Assembly (NCBI GenBank): GCA_043754515.1
Contig: JAYUUO010000229.1
Coordinates: forward strand, 1-27,768
Reading direction: 5' to 3'
Length of the DNA: 27,768 nucleotides
Source of the DNA: Armatimonadota bacterium
GTDB lineage: Bacteria > Armatimonadota > Armatimonadia > Armatimonadales > Armatimonadaceae
Shown: piece after piece, positions 8,431-16,802 of the stretch
Numbering within the stretch: position 1 is the first letter of the stretch
Layout of the letters: each line of letters opens with the position of its first letter
Notes under the pieces: model-generated
Seen by the model: only the letters and a program-made list of their open reading frames with translations
What the model was told of the DNA's origin: nothing
Databases searched by the model: none
Translations under genes and position numbers: made by a program

Positions 8431-8720
8431 ACAAAAAGCCTCTCGTCCTCGGGATCCGCGCAAACACTTGCGCGAAAACGGGACGAGAGGCTTCTCGACG
8501 AAACTCCCCGCGGTACCACCCGAATTGCCGCCCCGCCCCGAAGGAAAGAACAAGCCACTTCGTCACGCTATATCGGGCGTACCCGGAGCGACTACTGAGC
8601 ACCGATGTACCGTTCGCCAACCCTGCTCGGAGGGGAGTTTCACACGCTCGCGCCTATCGCCTCGCACCAACCGGCGACTCTCTGAAAGCGCGTCGAGCGG
8701 CTACTTGCCTCGTCAACGCA
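8431..8720 (-). promoter_or_regulatory. T-box riboswitch, Leu (CUC) specifier, leader of the ilv operon
   Basis: Stem I with AGTAG, CAGAGAG and GGTGCGA elements and GAAA-CTC-C-CCTC (specifier 8635-8637). T-box AATTCGGGTGGTACCGCG at 8509-8526. Terminator AAGCCTCTCGTCC...GGACGAGAGGCTTTTT at 8433-8493. Confidence 0.93.
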
Positions 8721-8743
8721 TTACACACTATTCGATTGCACTT

Positions 8744-8773
8744 ATGCTACCACGCGGGCGGGCGGCTTGTCAA
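8744..8773 (-). promoter_or_regulatory. Sigma70-type promoter for the T-box leader
   Basis: TTGACA-N18-TAGCAT with an extended -10 TG, about 25 nt upstream of stem I. Confidence 0.6.
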
Positions 8774-8882
8774 CGAAAGTCTCAAGGAAAGTACGCGTCA
8801 CTTCGCACGAGGGAATATCCCGGTATTTCACCTGGAAACATTGTCAGTGTAGTTCGTCACGGGTACCATGACGTAACAACTT

Positions 8883-10394
8883 ATGAACCGCCGCCGATTT
8901 CTGGAAACTTGCGCAGGGCTTGCCCTGACGCCACTCGCACCCGCTTTAGCGCGGGAGGTGTCACCTGACCCACTTGCCATGCCTTCGGGCTTCAGCGAGG
9001 CGCATCGGATCCGCATCGTGAACCGCGCGGATGGGGCGATATCAGTCTCCACCGACGTCGGCAAATCATGGCAACTCATCGGGCGCGTTCTCGCGCCCGC
9101 GACTACGGTGGTGCAGGGATACATCGCCGCCGAATACGCCGACCCCGGCTCCGTCGCCGCCGTCGCGGTTCACGGTCACCGAATCCGTGTCAGCGCGTCG
9201 GACGCGTCGCTCCACGCGCCGCTGATCCTGTCACTCGACCCGAGAGAGTATGTGGGTAAGGCTCCTAACGCGGGCTACGGTGGCCACCGCCCCGGTTCGG
9301 CTGGCATCTACACCAATATCGCGGCGGGTGTGTCGCTGTTTCGCGAGCTAGCACCGCGCGTCGGCAGCCCTGTTTTACGCGAGGATATGGCGACTGGCAG
9401 ACTCGTCCCGCTTTCGAACCGCTTCCAGCCGGATGGGGCGGGCGAGATCGTCCTGATCCCGGTCCGTGTCCCCGACGATGCGCTCGTACAGGTCGTGTTC
9501 CCGAATCATCTCGGCGGCGCGGTACAAGCCACATTCGCAAGCGGCGCGACGCGTGATCTGACCCATGTCGTGAAAGTGGTGGGCGGGGTAGGCCGGTTCG
9601 ATGGCACCGCGTACACAGGCGTCGGTCGCCTGAACACGGCGCACACCGGCGTGATAACCGTCTGCACCGCCCCCGTGAACGGCGCACTCCCCGAGGGGGT
9701 CGGGAAAGAGCGTCGCGGTGGATTCCAGATCTCGCCCGCCTGGCATAACGCCCGTTGCGAGGAGGCGGGGGCGGCGATGGTGTTAACGCTCGGCGAGCCG
9801 GGCGTCCCCCGGCACCGGGAATGGGAGGGCAAAGCCCCCCTCTTTCGCGACGGGATTAGCCTGGGCGGTTTGACCGAAAACAGCACCGCCATCGTGGACG
9901 TCTCTGTAGACGGCGGCGAATGGGAGCCGATGCCGACGATTTTAGGGTTGCGACTCGATGCCTTCACGGGGCCGGGGTTGAGCCGGGTCTGGCACGAGCA
10001 AGGGATTAAGCGCGTTTCTAAGCAAGGCGTGACCGCCTTCCGCCTGCGGCTAGCCCTGGCGGACCCGGTGCGCGCGGAGGCGTCCGTCCGTCGTGCCACG
10101 CTCCTGTACGCGAAAGATCGGTTGCGAGCGGCGAGGCGCGGAGAGTTGCAATTGGTATCGGGCGTGATATCGGTCCAGGCGAACGCGCGGAATAACCAGT
10201 CGGTCGCGTGGGCACGGCTACTCGTCGAGGGGCACCCCAAAGGCTTCACGAATGCGTCGCCGTTTGCCTTCTCATGGGATACCCGCACCGTCTCCGACGG
10301 CGAGTATCTGCTCGAGACGGAGGCACTCAATTCCTACGGCGCGATGATAGCGACCGAGAGGAAGCGCGTGTTCGTTGGCAACAAGGTGGGCTGA
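8883..10394 (+). CDS. Tat-exported uncharacterised protein with a C-terminal Ig-like (Big) domain
   Basis: MNRRRFL twin-arginine signal, 503 aa. C-terminal PFAFSWDTRTVSDGEYLLETEA is typical of bacterial Ig-like domains. Confidence 0.8.
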   Translation: MNRRRFLETCAGLALTPLAPALAREVSPDPLAMPSGFSEAHRIRIVNRADGAISVSTDVGKSWQLIGRVLAPATTVVQGYIAAEYADPGSVAAVAVHGHRIRVSASDASLHAPLILSLDPREYVGKAPNAGYGGHRPGSAGIYTNIAAGVSLFRELAPRVGSPVLREDMATGRLVPLSNRFQPDGAGEIVLIPVRVPDDALVQVVFPNHLGGAVQATFASGATRDLTHVVKVVGGVGRFDGTAYTGVGRLNTAHTGVITVCTAPVNGALPEGVGKERRGGFQISPAWHNARCEEAGAAMVLTLGEPGVPRHREWEGKAPLFRDGISLGGLTENSTAIVDVSVDGGEWEPMPTILGLRLDAFTGPGLSRVWHEQGIKRVSKQGVTAFRLRLALADPVRAEASVRRATLLYAKDRLRAARRGELQLVSGVISVQANARNNQSVAWARLLVEGHPKGFTNASPFAFSWDTRTVSDGEYLLETEALNSYGAMIATERKRVFVGNKVG

Positions 10395-10417
10395 ACCGCG
10401 AAAAAATGCGCGAAACA

Positions 10418-10444
10418 TGCAACGTTAGCCCCCGTTTCTGCGTC
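10418..10444 (+). promoter_or_regulatory. Putative ECF-sigma promoter
   Basis: TGCAAC-N17-CGTC preceded by an A-tract. Confidence 0.45.
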
Positions 10445-10626
10445 TTTATAGAAGGAGTTCGTGTGTCCACAAGGTCCTGCCGACTTTTTCTTGCCATCAT
10501 TTCCTAATCCTATCGTTTGTATTGTGGCGAAACCTTGTATTGTCCCTCGAACCCCGCGCTCAAAAGTCTGCCACCGCGTGGGAGGCTACATAGTAATAAC
10601 TGAAGATTAAGGAGAGGGTAACGTTC

Positions 10627-11280
10627 GTGGCAAAGTGGAGCAGAGATAGTATAGCGGGAGAGATATTACACCGGTACGAGGCTAGTCTGGATCTTTCTTA
10701 CTCGGGGATGACAAAAGAGGCATTGCCTCTCCTCCGCGCGGCAACGCGCTACTTCGGATCATGGCAGGCAGCCATAGAATATGCGGGGTTGGACTACGAC
10801 GCGATCCGTAAGTATCGCTCGTGGACCAAGGAGCGGATCGTGGACCGGATCCGGGAGCTACACGCGCAGAACGCCGACCTGTCTTGGCGACACGTCTCGT
10901 TGACTTTGGATCCGAGCCTCGCCGCGGCGGCGACCAAGAAATCGCACTTCGGGTCATGGCGTTCCGCGCTGGATGCGGCTGGCTTGGACTACGACGAAAT
11001 CCGCCGGTATCGCGACTGGAGTGAGGACGAGGTGTTGCGCCGAATCCGCGACATGTACGCGCAAGGCGAGCCGCTCAACGCGAAGTCCATGGAGAAGAAG
11101 GACATTACACTAATCACTGCGGCACGGCGGCGGTTCCCCTCCTGGGATCGCACGCTCACTGCGGCGGGTCTCGATTACAAGGGAATTGTCGTACGTGCCC
11201 CATTCCGTCGTAAACGCAAAACGGAATCGGTGCGCCCGACCTCGCCGAACGGCAACGCGGCAACCATCGCGGCACGATAA
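10627..11280 (+). CDS. Three-repeat helical protein (FGSW..A..AGLDY; homing-endonuclease-associated-repeat-like), probably nucleic-acid binding
   Basis: Three ~62-65 aa repeats W(S/T)...I...AA...F(G/P)SW...AGLDY. AAGGAGAGG RBS, followed by a terminator. Confidence 0.8.
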   Translation: MAKWSRDSIAGEILHRYEASLDLSYSGMTKEALPLLRAATRYFGSWQAAIEYAGLDYDAIRKYRSWTKERIVDRIRELHAQNADLSWRHVSLTLDPSLAAAATKKSHFGSWRSALDAAGLDYDEIRRYRDWSEDEVLRRIRDMYAQGEPLNAKSMEKKDITLITAARRRFPSWDRTLTAAGLDYKGIVVRAPFRRKRKTESVRPTSPNGNAATIAAR

Positions 11281-11298
11281 GTCCCGAGGACTTGATGG

Positions 11299-11337
11299 AG
11301 CGGCCCCCGGTTCAACTCCGGGGGCCGCTTTCGTTTT
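11299..11337 (+). terminator. Intrinsic terminator
   Basis: 12-bp stem AGCGGCCCCCGG/CCGGGGGCCGCT followed by TTCGTTTT. Confidence 0.8.
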
Positions 11338-11380
11338 CCCGGAAACGGTGGCCCCGCTTTCTCCGTCTATTAAGCGGCTC

Positions 11381-11965
11381 ATGAACATAATTCGGACTGT
11401 GTGGGGGTCGGCATGTTTCTCTCTCCCGATCGTCGCGGCAGGTTGCGCCGCGACGCCGGATCATGTCGGCACTTTCGTCGCATCCCCGCCCCCGACGCCC
11501 GCGCCGCGACTCGGCGCGGTTGTCAGGAAGGTCGGATTCGCGTGGAGCGACAAAAATAATCGGCTGGTGGCGGACGTGACGGGCGAGTCAGGCGCGGCGA
11601 CGGGCGGAAACGGATTAAACACGCTCGGTGAAATCAGGAACGGCAAGGCGACCCTGTACCAGCGCGGCAAGCCGTCCGCGACGCTTACGGCGGATACACT
11701 CCTCGCTGACAGTGACCGGCAACGCGTCACCGCGAACGGGAACGTGCTAGTGCGCTCGCAGAGCGACGCAGGTGGCGGGGTTGGCACGCTTCAGGCGGAT
11801 CACGTAGTGTGGGAGTATGAACAGGGTCAAATCGTGGGAACGGGACACGTGGTTCTGACCCGCGAGGATTCTATTCGCGTCCATGCAGTCCGTCTGGTTG
11901 CCGACACCGCGCTACAAACTGTTGACCTCATCGGCGAAGAAGAACCCACGCTCGGTAACCACTAA
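11381..11965 (+). CDS. LptC-like LPS export periplasmic lipoprotein
   Basis: Lipobox-like VAAGC, beta-jellyroll-type pattern (LTADTL...VTANGNVLV...LQADHVVW...GHVVL), first gene of the lptB cluster. Confidence 0.7.
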   Translation: MNIIRTVWGSACFSLPIVAAGCAATPDHVGTFVASPPPTPAPRLGAVVRKVGFAWSDKNNRLVADVTGESGAATGGNGLNTLGEIRNGKATLYQRGKPSATLTADTLLADSDRQRVTANGNVLVRSQSDAGGGVGTLQADHVVWEYEQGQIVGTGHVVLTREDSIRVHAVRLVADTALQTVDLIGEEEPTLGNH

Positions 11966-11966
11966 A

Positions 11967-12617
11967 ATGTACACCAGAATATTGAGTATCGCCCTCCTGT
12001 TAGCTAGCCTCCCGCTGTTGGCGTTCGCTCCGCTCCGAGAGGCGTCCTCGCGCCAGAGCAAGTTGGCTAAAGGTAACCAGATCGGCCCGTTTAATGTAGA
12101 TCGCTTCGGGCTCGTACACATAGAGTCGCGCCCGCAAGATCTGTTCGGGTTGATAACGGGGTTGGGAGGGGGCGTATTCCAGGCGACTTCTAAGCTCTAC
12201 GACGTCGCCGCGCTGAAGATGACGGTTACTTTGAAACAAGTCACCGTTCCAGCCACCGACAATCTTCCTGCCAAAACCCGTCAGAAACTCACCGACATGC
12301 ACGCGACTGGTCAGGTACGGCTTGTAGTTCGGGAGTTGGATGCGGCGGGTAAACCGCTCCGCAAGACGGTGATCAATTGCGACAGGGCCGTATATACCGC
12401 GGCTGCTAACAACGAGGACCGGGGCGTACTTCAACTGCGAGGTCACGTGGTGACGGACAGTTCGGACAGCACTGCGATCGTCCCCTATCACTTCGAGGGC
12501 GACTCGTGCAAAGTCACCTTTCTATCAGGCGGGGAATACAACATAGATATAGGTCAGGGCACTCTCACCGGGCAACCGAATGACGCGCCCTCGCCCCAGA
12601 AGGAGTCCCGACCGTGA
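11967..12617 (+). CDS. LptA/OstA-like periplasmic protein
   Basis: Signal peptide, HATGQVRL...CDRAVY...LQLRGHV pattern, GTGA overlap with lptB. Confidence 0.6.
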   Translation: MYTRILSIALLLASLPLLAFAPLREASSRQSKLAKGNQIGPFNVDRFGLVHIESRPQDLFGLITGLGGGVFQATSKLYDVAALKMTVTLKQVTVPATDNLPAKTRQKLTDMHATGQVRLVVRELDAAGKPLRKTVINCDRAVYTAAANNEDRGVLQLRGHVVTDSSDSTAIVPYHFEGDSCKVTFLSGGEYNIDIGQGTLTGQPNDAPSPQKESRP

Positions 12618-13375
12618 CAACCGTTCCTTTACCGCCCGGTGACGGACAACCCAGAAGAATGGTCGAAACGGAGAACCTGTTCAAGCACTACCGGGGAAAG
12701 GCCGTGGTCGGCGGGGTCTCAATCCAATTCACGCAGGGCGAAATCGTCGGCCTACTCGGGCCGAACGGCGCGGGCAAGACCACGACCTTCTATATGGCGG
12801 TCGGAATCACTCAACCCGACACCGGTAAGGTGTTGCTCGACGGCAAGGACATTACGCGGCTCCCGATGTACATGCGGGCGCGGCGCGGCATCGGCTACCT
12901 GGCGCAGGAGCCGAGTGTGTTCCGTAAGCTGACCGCGCTCGAAAATATTCTGTTAGTGCTGGAACTGATCAATTACCCTGCGGGCAAACGCGTCGCGCGG
13001 GCGCGGGGTTTGCTGGATGAACTCGGCATCGGCCATGTCGCGGAAACGCGCGCCTATAAAGTGTCGGGCGGCGAACGGCGGCGCATCGAGATAGCGCGCG
13101 CCCTCGCGACCGACCCGGCCTTTATCCTGATGGACGAACCGTTCGCTAATATTGACCCGAAAACCGTTGAAGATATTCAGGAGATTATTCGTGCTCTCAC
13201 GAGACGTAACATTGGCATCTTGATTACCGACCACAATGAGCGCGCGACGCTGGGCATCTGTGACCGCGCCTACATCCTGGCGGACGGCAAAGTCGTCACG
13301 AGCGGCACCGCGCAAGAGATCGCCCACGACCCGATCGCTCGCAAATTCTACCTGGGGGATAACTTCACGCTGTGA
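12614..13375 (+). CDS. lptB: LPS export ABC transporter ATP-binding protein
   Basis: GLLGPNGAGKTTTFYM, YLAQEPSVFRKLT, SGGERRRIEIARAL, DEPFA, ITDHN and C-terminal YLG..F.L. Confidence 0.95.
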   Translation: MTTVPLPPGDGQPRRMVETENLFKHYRGKAVVGGVSIQFTQGEIVGLLGPNGAGKTTTFYMAVGITQPDTGKVLLDGKDITRLPMYMRARRGIGYLAQEPSVFRKLTALENILLVLELINYPAGKRVARARGLLDELGIGHVAETRAYKVSGGERRRIEIARALATDPAFILMDEPFANIDPKTVEDIQEIIRALTRRNIGILITDHNERATLGICDRAYILADGKVVTSGTAQEIAHDPIARKFYLGDNFTL

Positions 13376-14487
13376 AACGTCTCGACCGCCTGATTCTGTC
13401 GGAGATAATCGGCCCCTACTTGTTCAGCGTCTTGCTGTTCACGAGCCTTTTCATGGGCGCGGACAACCTGCTCAAGATCCTGGAGTTCGCGGGCAAGGGA
13501 GTTCCGACCTGGATCCTGATTCAGTTCTTTCTGATGTCATTACCCACGGTGCTCGCTCTGACGTCGCCGATGGCGATGTTACTAGCGACACTATATGGCT
13601 TCGGACGGCTCTCCGGCGACTCGGAACTGACAGCCCTTTCCGCCGCCGGGGTGCCCCTGGAGCGGATCATGGCACCAGTAGCAGTCTTCGCGTTCGCCGT
13701 GTCCTGCGTCGGCATGTACATAAACGACACGGTGGTACCCCTTTCCGAACACGGCAGACAGACAGTCATCAACGAGCAGAAGCAGAAAGCAGGTCAGGCG
13801 TTCGGCGGCAGTTCGTTCACCTATCGCAAAACAGACGACAACAACCGCCTCACCCTTCTCGTCCATGCCGAGAGTCCACTCACCACGATCGGGGCGGGAC
13901 GCATACGCCTGAACGACGTCACTATTAACCGCTTCGAGGAAGGCAAACCTACGGAGACTATTTTTTGCTCCTCCGCCGAGGGTAGTGATGACAGCGCGAA
14001 CTGGGTGCTTTCGGGGGCGCGGGCATTCGGCGTCCGACCAAACGGTAACTCTTATCGGATAGGAATAGATGGGTTTACCGGAAAGCAGACGACACTCGCG
14101 ACGCCGGGCGAGCTACTCACCGCCTCCCGCCCCAACGAGGAGTTGACAAACGCGCAACTTCAGGAGAAGGTACGCGCGCTTAGCGTCAACGGCAGCAACA
14201 ACGACTCGCGCGCGGTGGAGGTCGAGATGATGAAGCGGTTCATGGTGCCGCTCGGTACATTCATCTTCGCGCTGGTCGGGGCACCGCTAGGGATCACGCC
14301 CAGCCGCGCCTCGAAAGGGGTGGGGTTCGGCTACTCCGTTTTGATCAGTTTTGTCTACTGGATCGCGCTCCAAATCGTCTCGGTGCTAGGTAGGAGCGGC
14401 ACCTTGCCGCCGATCCTCGCGGTCGCCCTACCGAATCTTGCGGGGATCGCCCTCGGCGTGTATTTAATATGGCGCATCCGACGCTAA
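13372..14487 (+). CDS. LptF/LptG family permease
   Basis: LDRLIL, RLSGDSELTALSAAGV, LVGAPLG. TM-periplasmic-TM layout, coupled to lptB. Confidence 0.92.
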   Translation: MKRLDRLILSEIIGPYLFSVLLFTSLFMGADNLLKILEFAGKGVPTWILIQFFLMSLPTVLALTSPMAMLLATLYGFGRLSGDSELTALSAAGVPLERIMAPVAVFAFAVSCVGMYINDTVVPLSEHGRQTVINEQKQKAGQAFGGSSFTYRKTDDNNRLTLLVHAESPLTTIGAGRIRLNDVTINRFEEGKPTETIFCSSAEGSDDSANWVLSGARAFGVRPNGNSYRIGIDGFTGKQTTLATPGELLTASRPNEELTNAQLQEKVRALSVNGSNNDSRAVEVEMMKRFMVPLGTFIFALVGAPLGITPSRASKGVGFGYSVLISFVYWIALQIVSVLGRSGTLPPILAVALPNLAGIALGVYLIWRIRR

Positions 14488-14529
14488 TAATTCGCCGAAT
14501 TATCCCGTATAATCGAAGGCGATCCTCCC

Positions 14530-16236
14530 ATGCAAATACCACTTTTGGTTCTGGTCTTAGGCGTGCTAATACCGGTGTCCGGCTTCATCGCGTGGGCGGG
14601 GGATCGGATCGGCCACCAGGTAGGCAAACGTCGGCATAGCGTTTTCGGCTTGCGCCCGCGCCACACAGCCATGATGTTTACGGTCGGTAGCGGCGTCGGC
14701 ATCTCCGTGGTGTCGTTTCTGGTGCTATGGCTCGCCTCGGAGGGTTTTCGCGTCGTGCTGAGTCAGGGGGTTCGGCTCCTGACGATCAACAAGTCGCTCC
14801 GCGCCGAAAACACACGCCTCGTTTCCGAAGTCGCGGATCGGACGCGGCAGACCGACACCGCGAAGACGGACGCGCAAAGGGCACTCGCTGATCGCGACGC
14901 GCAGATGCGCCTACGCGACGCGGCGACCCGTCAGAGCCTGATCGCGCGGGGGGAGTTGCAAAAAGCCCGCGCTAGTCTGAGTTCAGCCGAAGAAACGTTG
15001 CATAAGGCACAGACTGCATTCCGGGAGACCAGAGGGCAACTCGGCGTAACCACGTATCGGTTGCACAGTGTCGGTCAGAACCTCACTTCCGCGCTCAGTA
15101 GCCTCCACACCGCGCAACAGAGCATCACGGCGAAGCAGACAGCTCTCCAGCAAGCTGATGAGGCACTCGCGCACGCTAAGGCGAGCACCGAACTTGCCAA
15201 ATCTGGTCTACAGGCGGCGGAGGCAAAAACGGTGGAGACGGAACGGAACGCGCAACGAACCATCCGGCAGGTGGGGAAGTACGCGAAGGAGCAGACGGAC
15301 AAAGCGGAGAAAGAACGGCTCGCTTCCCAACTAGAAGTGAGTAAAAAGCAGATCGAGTTGCAAGGGCTACAGACGGAGGTAGCGTCACTACAGGCGCGGC
15401 GCGACGATCTGGCGAAACAGCTCTCCGCTAGCCTCTCCAGCACCACCGCGCTCCGGCGGCGGCAGATAACGTACCGCGTTGGCGAAGAGGTCGGGCGCAT
15501 ATCGGTTGCGTCGGACCAGAGCGTCTGGCGCATCGAGTCGGCATTGGACCGGTTCTGGAACAGCACCGCGAAGCGGGCGGAGGAGCGTGGTGCTACCGCG
15601 AGCGGAAGCGACAGTACCCGAGCCATCGCGTTCACGCCCCGCGTGATGTCCACCCTTTCCGAGACGCATAGCGGAAGCGGAACGGCAGTGGACGCGTCAC
15701 TCCCTAGTGAGGAGGAAGTGCTCCGGAATCTGGCGCAGACGATTCGCCGCTCGGAGGACCCCGTCGCCGTGGTACTGGTCGCGGCGGCGAACGCGGTCAT
15801 CGGCGAGCCGGTTCGGGTTGAAGTACGCACCTACCGCAACCCTATAGTTTTATCCGGGGGGGCTAAGCTAGGCGAGATGACCATTAACGGCGGATCGGCG
15901 ATGACCCGTGAGGCCGCGACCGACGCGGTGTATGAGTTTCTGCGGCGCGATGTGCGCAAATCACTCCTCAGCGCGGGCATGATCCCGACTCTGAGCGGCG
16001 ACAGCGAGGACGGTGCGAACAGCGTCGTCAGTCTGACGGGGAGCGAGTGGCTGAAGATCATGGACGACCTCAAGCGCACCGATTTCCGCGCGCGTCTTAT
16101 TGTCAAAACCGCTAGAACGACCCGCGCCGCCGACCCGGTCACCCTCTCATTTGAAATTAAGGCACTGCCCGCGGTGCCGCGCTACGATAGTTCGGTGACA
16201 AGCCCGGTTTTGTCGCATGGTAATATCCTCCCATGA
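14530..16236 (+). CDS. DUF3084-family membrane-anchored coiled-coil protein
   Basis: SGFIAWAGDRIGHQVGKRRHSVFGLRPRHTA signature, two N-terminal TMs and a long coiled coil. Confidence 0.88.
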   Translation: MQIPLLVLVLGVLIPVSGFIAWAGDRIGHQVGKRRHSVFGLRPRHTAMMFTVGSGVGISVVSFLVLWLASEGFRVVLSQGVRLLTINKSLRAENTRLVSEVADRTRQTDTAKTDAQRALADRDAQMRLRDAATRQSLIARGELQKARASLSSAEETLHKAQTAFRETRGQLGVTTYRLHSVGQNLTSALSSLHTAQQSITAKQTALQQADEALAHAKASTELAKSGLQAAEAKTVETERNAQRTIRQVGKYAKEQTDKAEKERLASQLEVSKKQIELQGLQTEVASLQARRDDLAKQLSASLSSTTALRRRQITYRVGEEVGRISVASDQSVWRIESALDRFWNSTAKRAEERGATASGSDSTRAIAFTPRVMSTLSETHSGSGTAVDASLPSEEEVLRNLAQTIRRSEDPVAVVLVAAANAVIGEPVRVEVRTYRNPIVLSGGAKLGEMTINGGSAMTREAATDAVYEFLRRDVRKSLLSAGMIPTLSGDSEDGANSVVSLTGSEWLKIMDDLKRTDFRARLIVKTARTTRAADPVTLSFEIKALPAVPRYDSSVTSPVLSHGNILP

Positions 16237-16652
16237 AGAACCGGGTCGCGCTTTCGATAGACCCTGGCACCCGCAAATGCGGAGTCGCCGTGGTCCGAGA
16301 CGGCGCACCGCCCGAAACATTCCACCGGGAAGTAGTGGCTACCGGGGATCTCGCGGCGAGTTGCCGAACGATGCTCAGCCGATTCCCAATTGACATACTG
16401 CTGATCGGCGACGCGACGAACTCGGAGGCAGTACGGGAGGCGGTTCATTCCCTCTGCCCGGCTTCCATTCCGATTCGCCTCGTTCCCGAAGCCTATACTT
16501 CGGAGCGGGCGCGGGCGCGCTGGTGTCTTGACACCCCTCCACGCAACCTTTGGGAGCGGTTGATGCCCGGATGCCGCACGCCGCCCTGCCCGGTTGACGA
16601 CTACGCGGCGGTGATCCTGGCTGAGCAGTTCTTCGCCGCAGGCGAGTCTTGA
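16233..16652 (+). CDS. YqgF/RuvX-family RNase H-like nuclease
   Basis: LSIDPGTRKCGVA, LLIGD, VPEAYTSERAR and VDDYAAVILAE motifs. Confidence 0.88.
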   Translation: MKNRVALSIDPGTRKCGVAVVRDGAPPETFHREVVATGDLAASCRTMLSRFPIDILLIGDATNSEAVREAVHSLCPASIPIRLVPEAYTSERARARWCLDTPPRNLWERLMPGCRTPPCPVDDYAAVILAEQFFAAGES

Positions 16653-16704
16653 CGCGAAGTTAATCATGCGCTAGACTTTGCCTCATGCAGTGAATGTGTG
16701 ATAC

Positions 16705-16741
16705 AAGCGCGACCCGGAACCTATCGGCTCCGGGTGCGCTT
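16705..16741. terminator. Hairpin between convergent yqgF-like and rne genes
   Basis: AAGCGC-G-ACCCGGA...TCCGGGT-GCGCTT inverted repeat. Confidence 0.6.
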
Positions 16742-16802
16742 ATTGAACCTGAACCCCTTCTCGTGACTCGCGATGATTTCACGCTCGCGGATCTTTTTTT
16801 GC

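Noticed and set aside
8178..8558. ORF-track N-terminal extension of the HEPN protein
   Set aside because: It overlaps the T-box antiterminator and terminator. The HEPN-like sequence starts at ATG 8426.
8636..8638. Thr (ACT) as the alternative T-box specifier
   Set aside because: The stem register (GAGG/CCTC) places CTC in the specifier position, and Leu fits ilv regulation as in the Bacillus subtilis ilv-leu leader.
10461..10610. Small leader ORFs after AAGGAG (GTG 10461, 49 aa; GTG 10463, 14 aa)
   Set aside because: No recognisable motif or informative codon bias, so they cannot be supported from the sequence alone.
11306..11322. CCCGG-TTCAACT-CCGGG looks like a tRNA T-arm or an att remnant
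   Set aside because: No acceptor, D or anticodon arms and no CCA. It is the apex of a 12-bp terminator hairpin.
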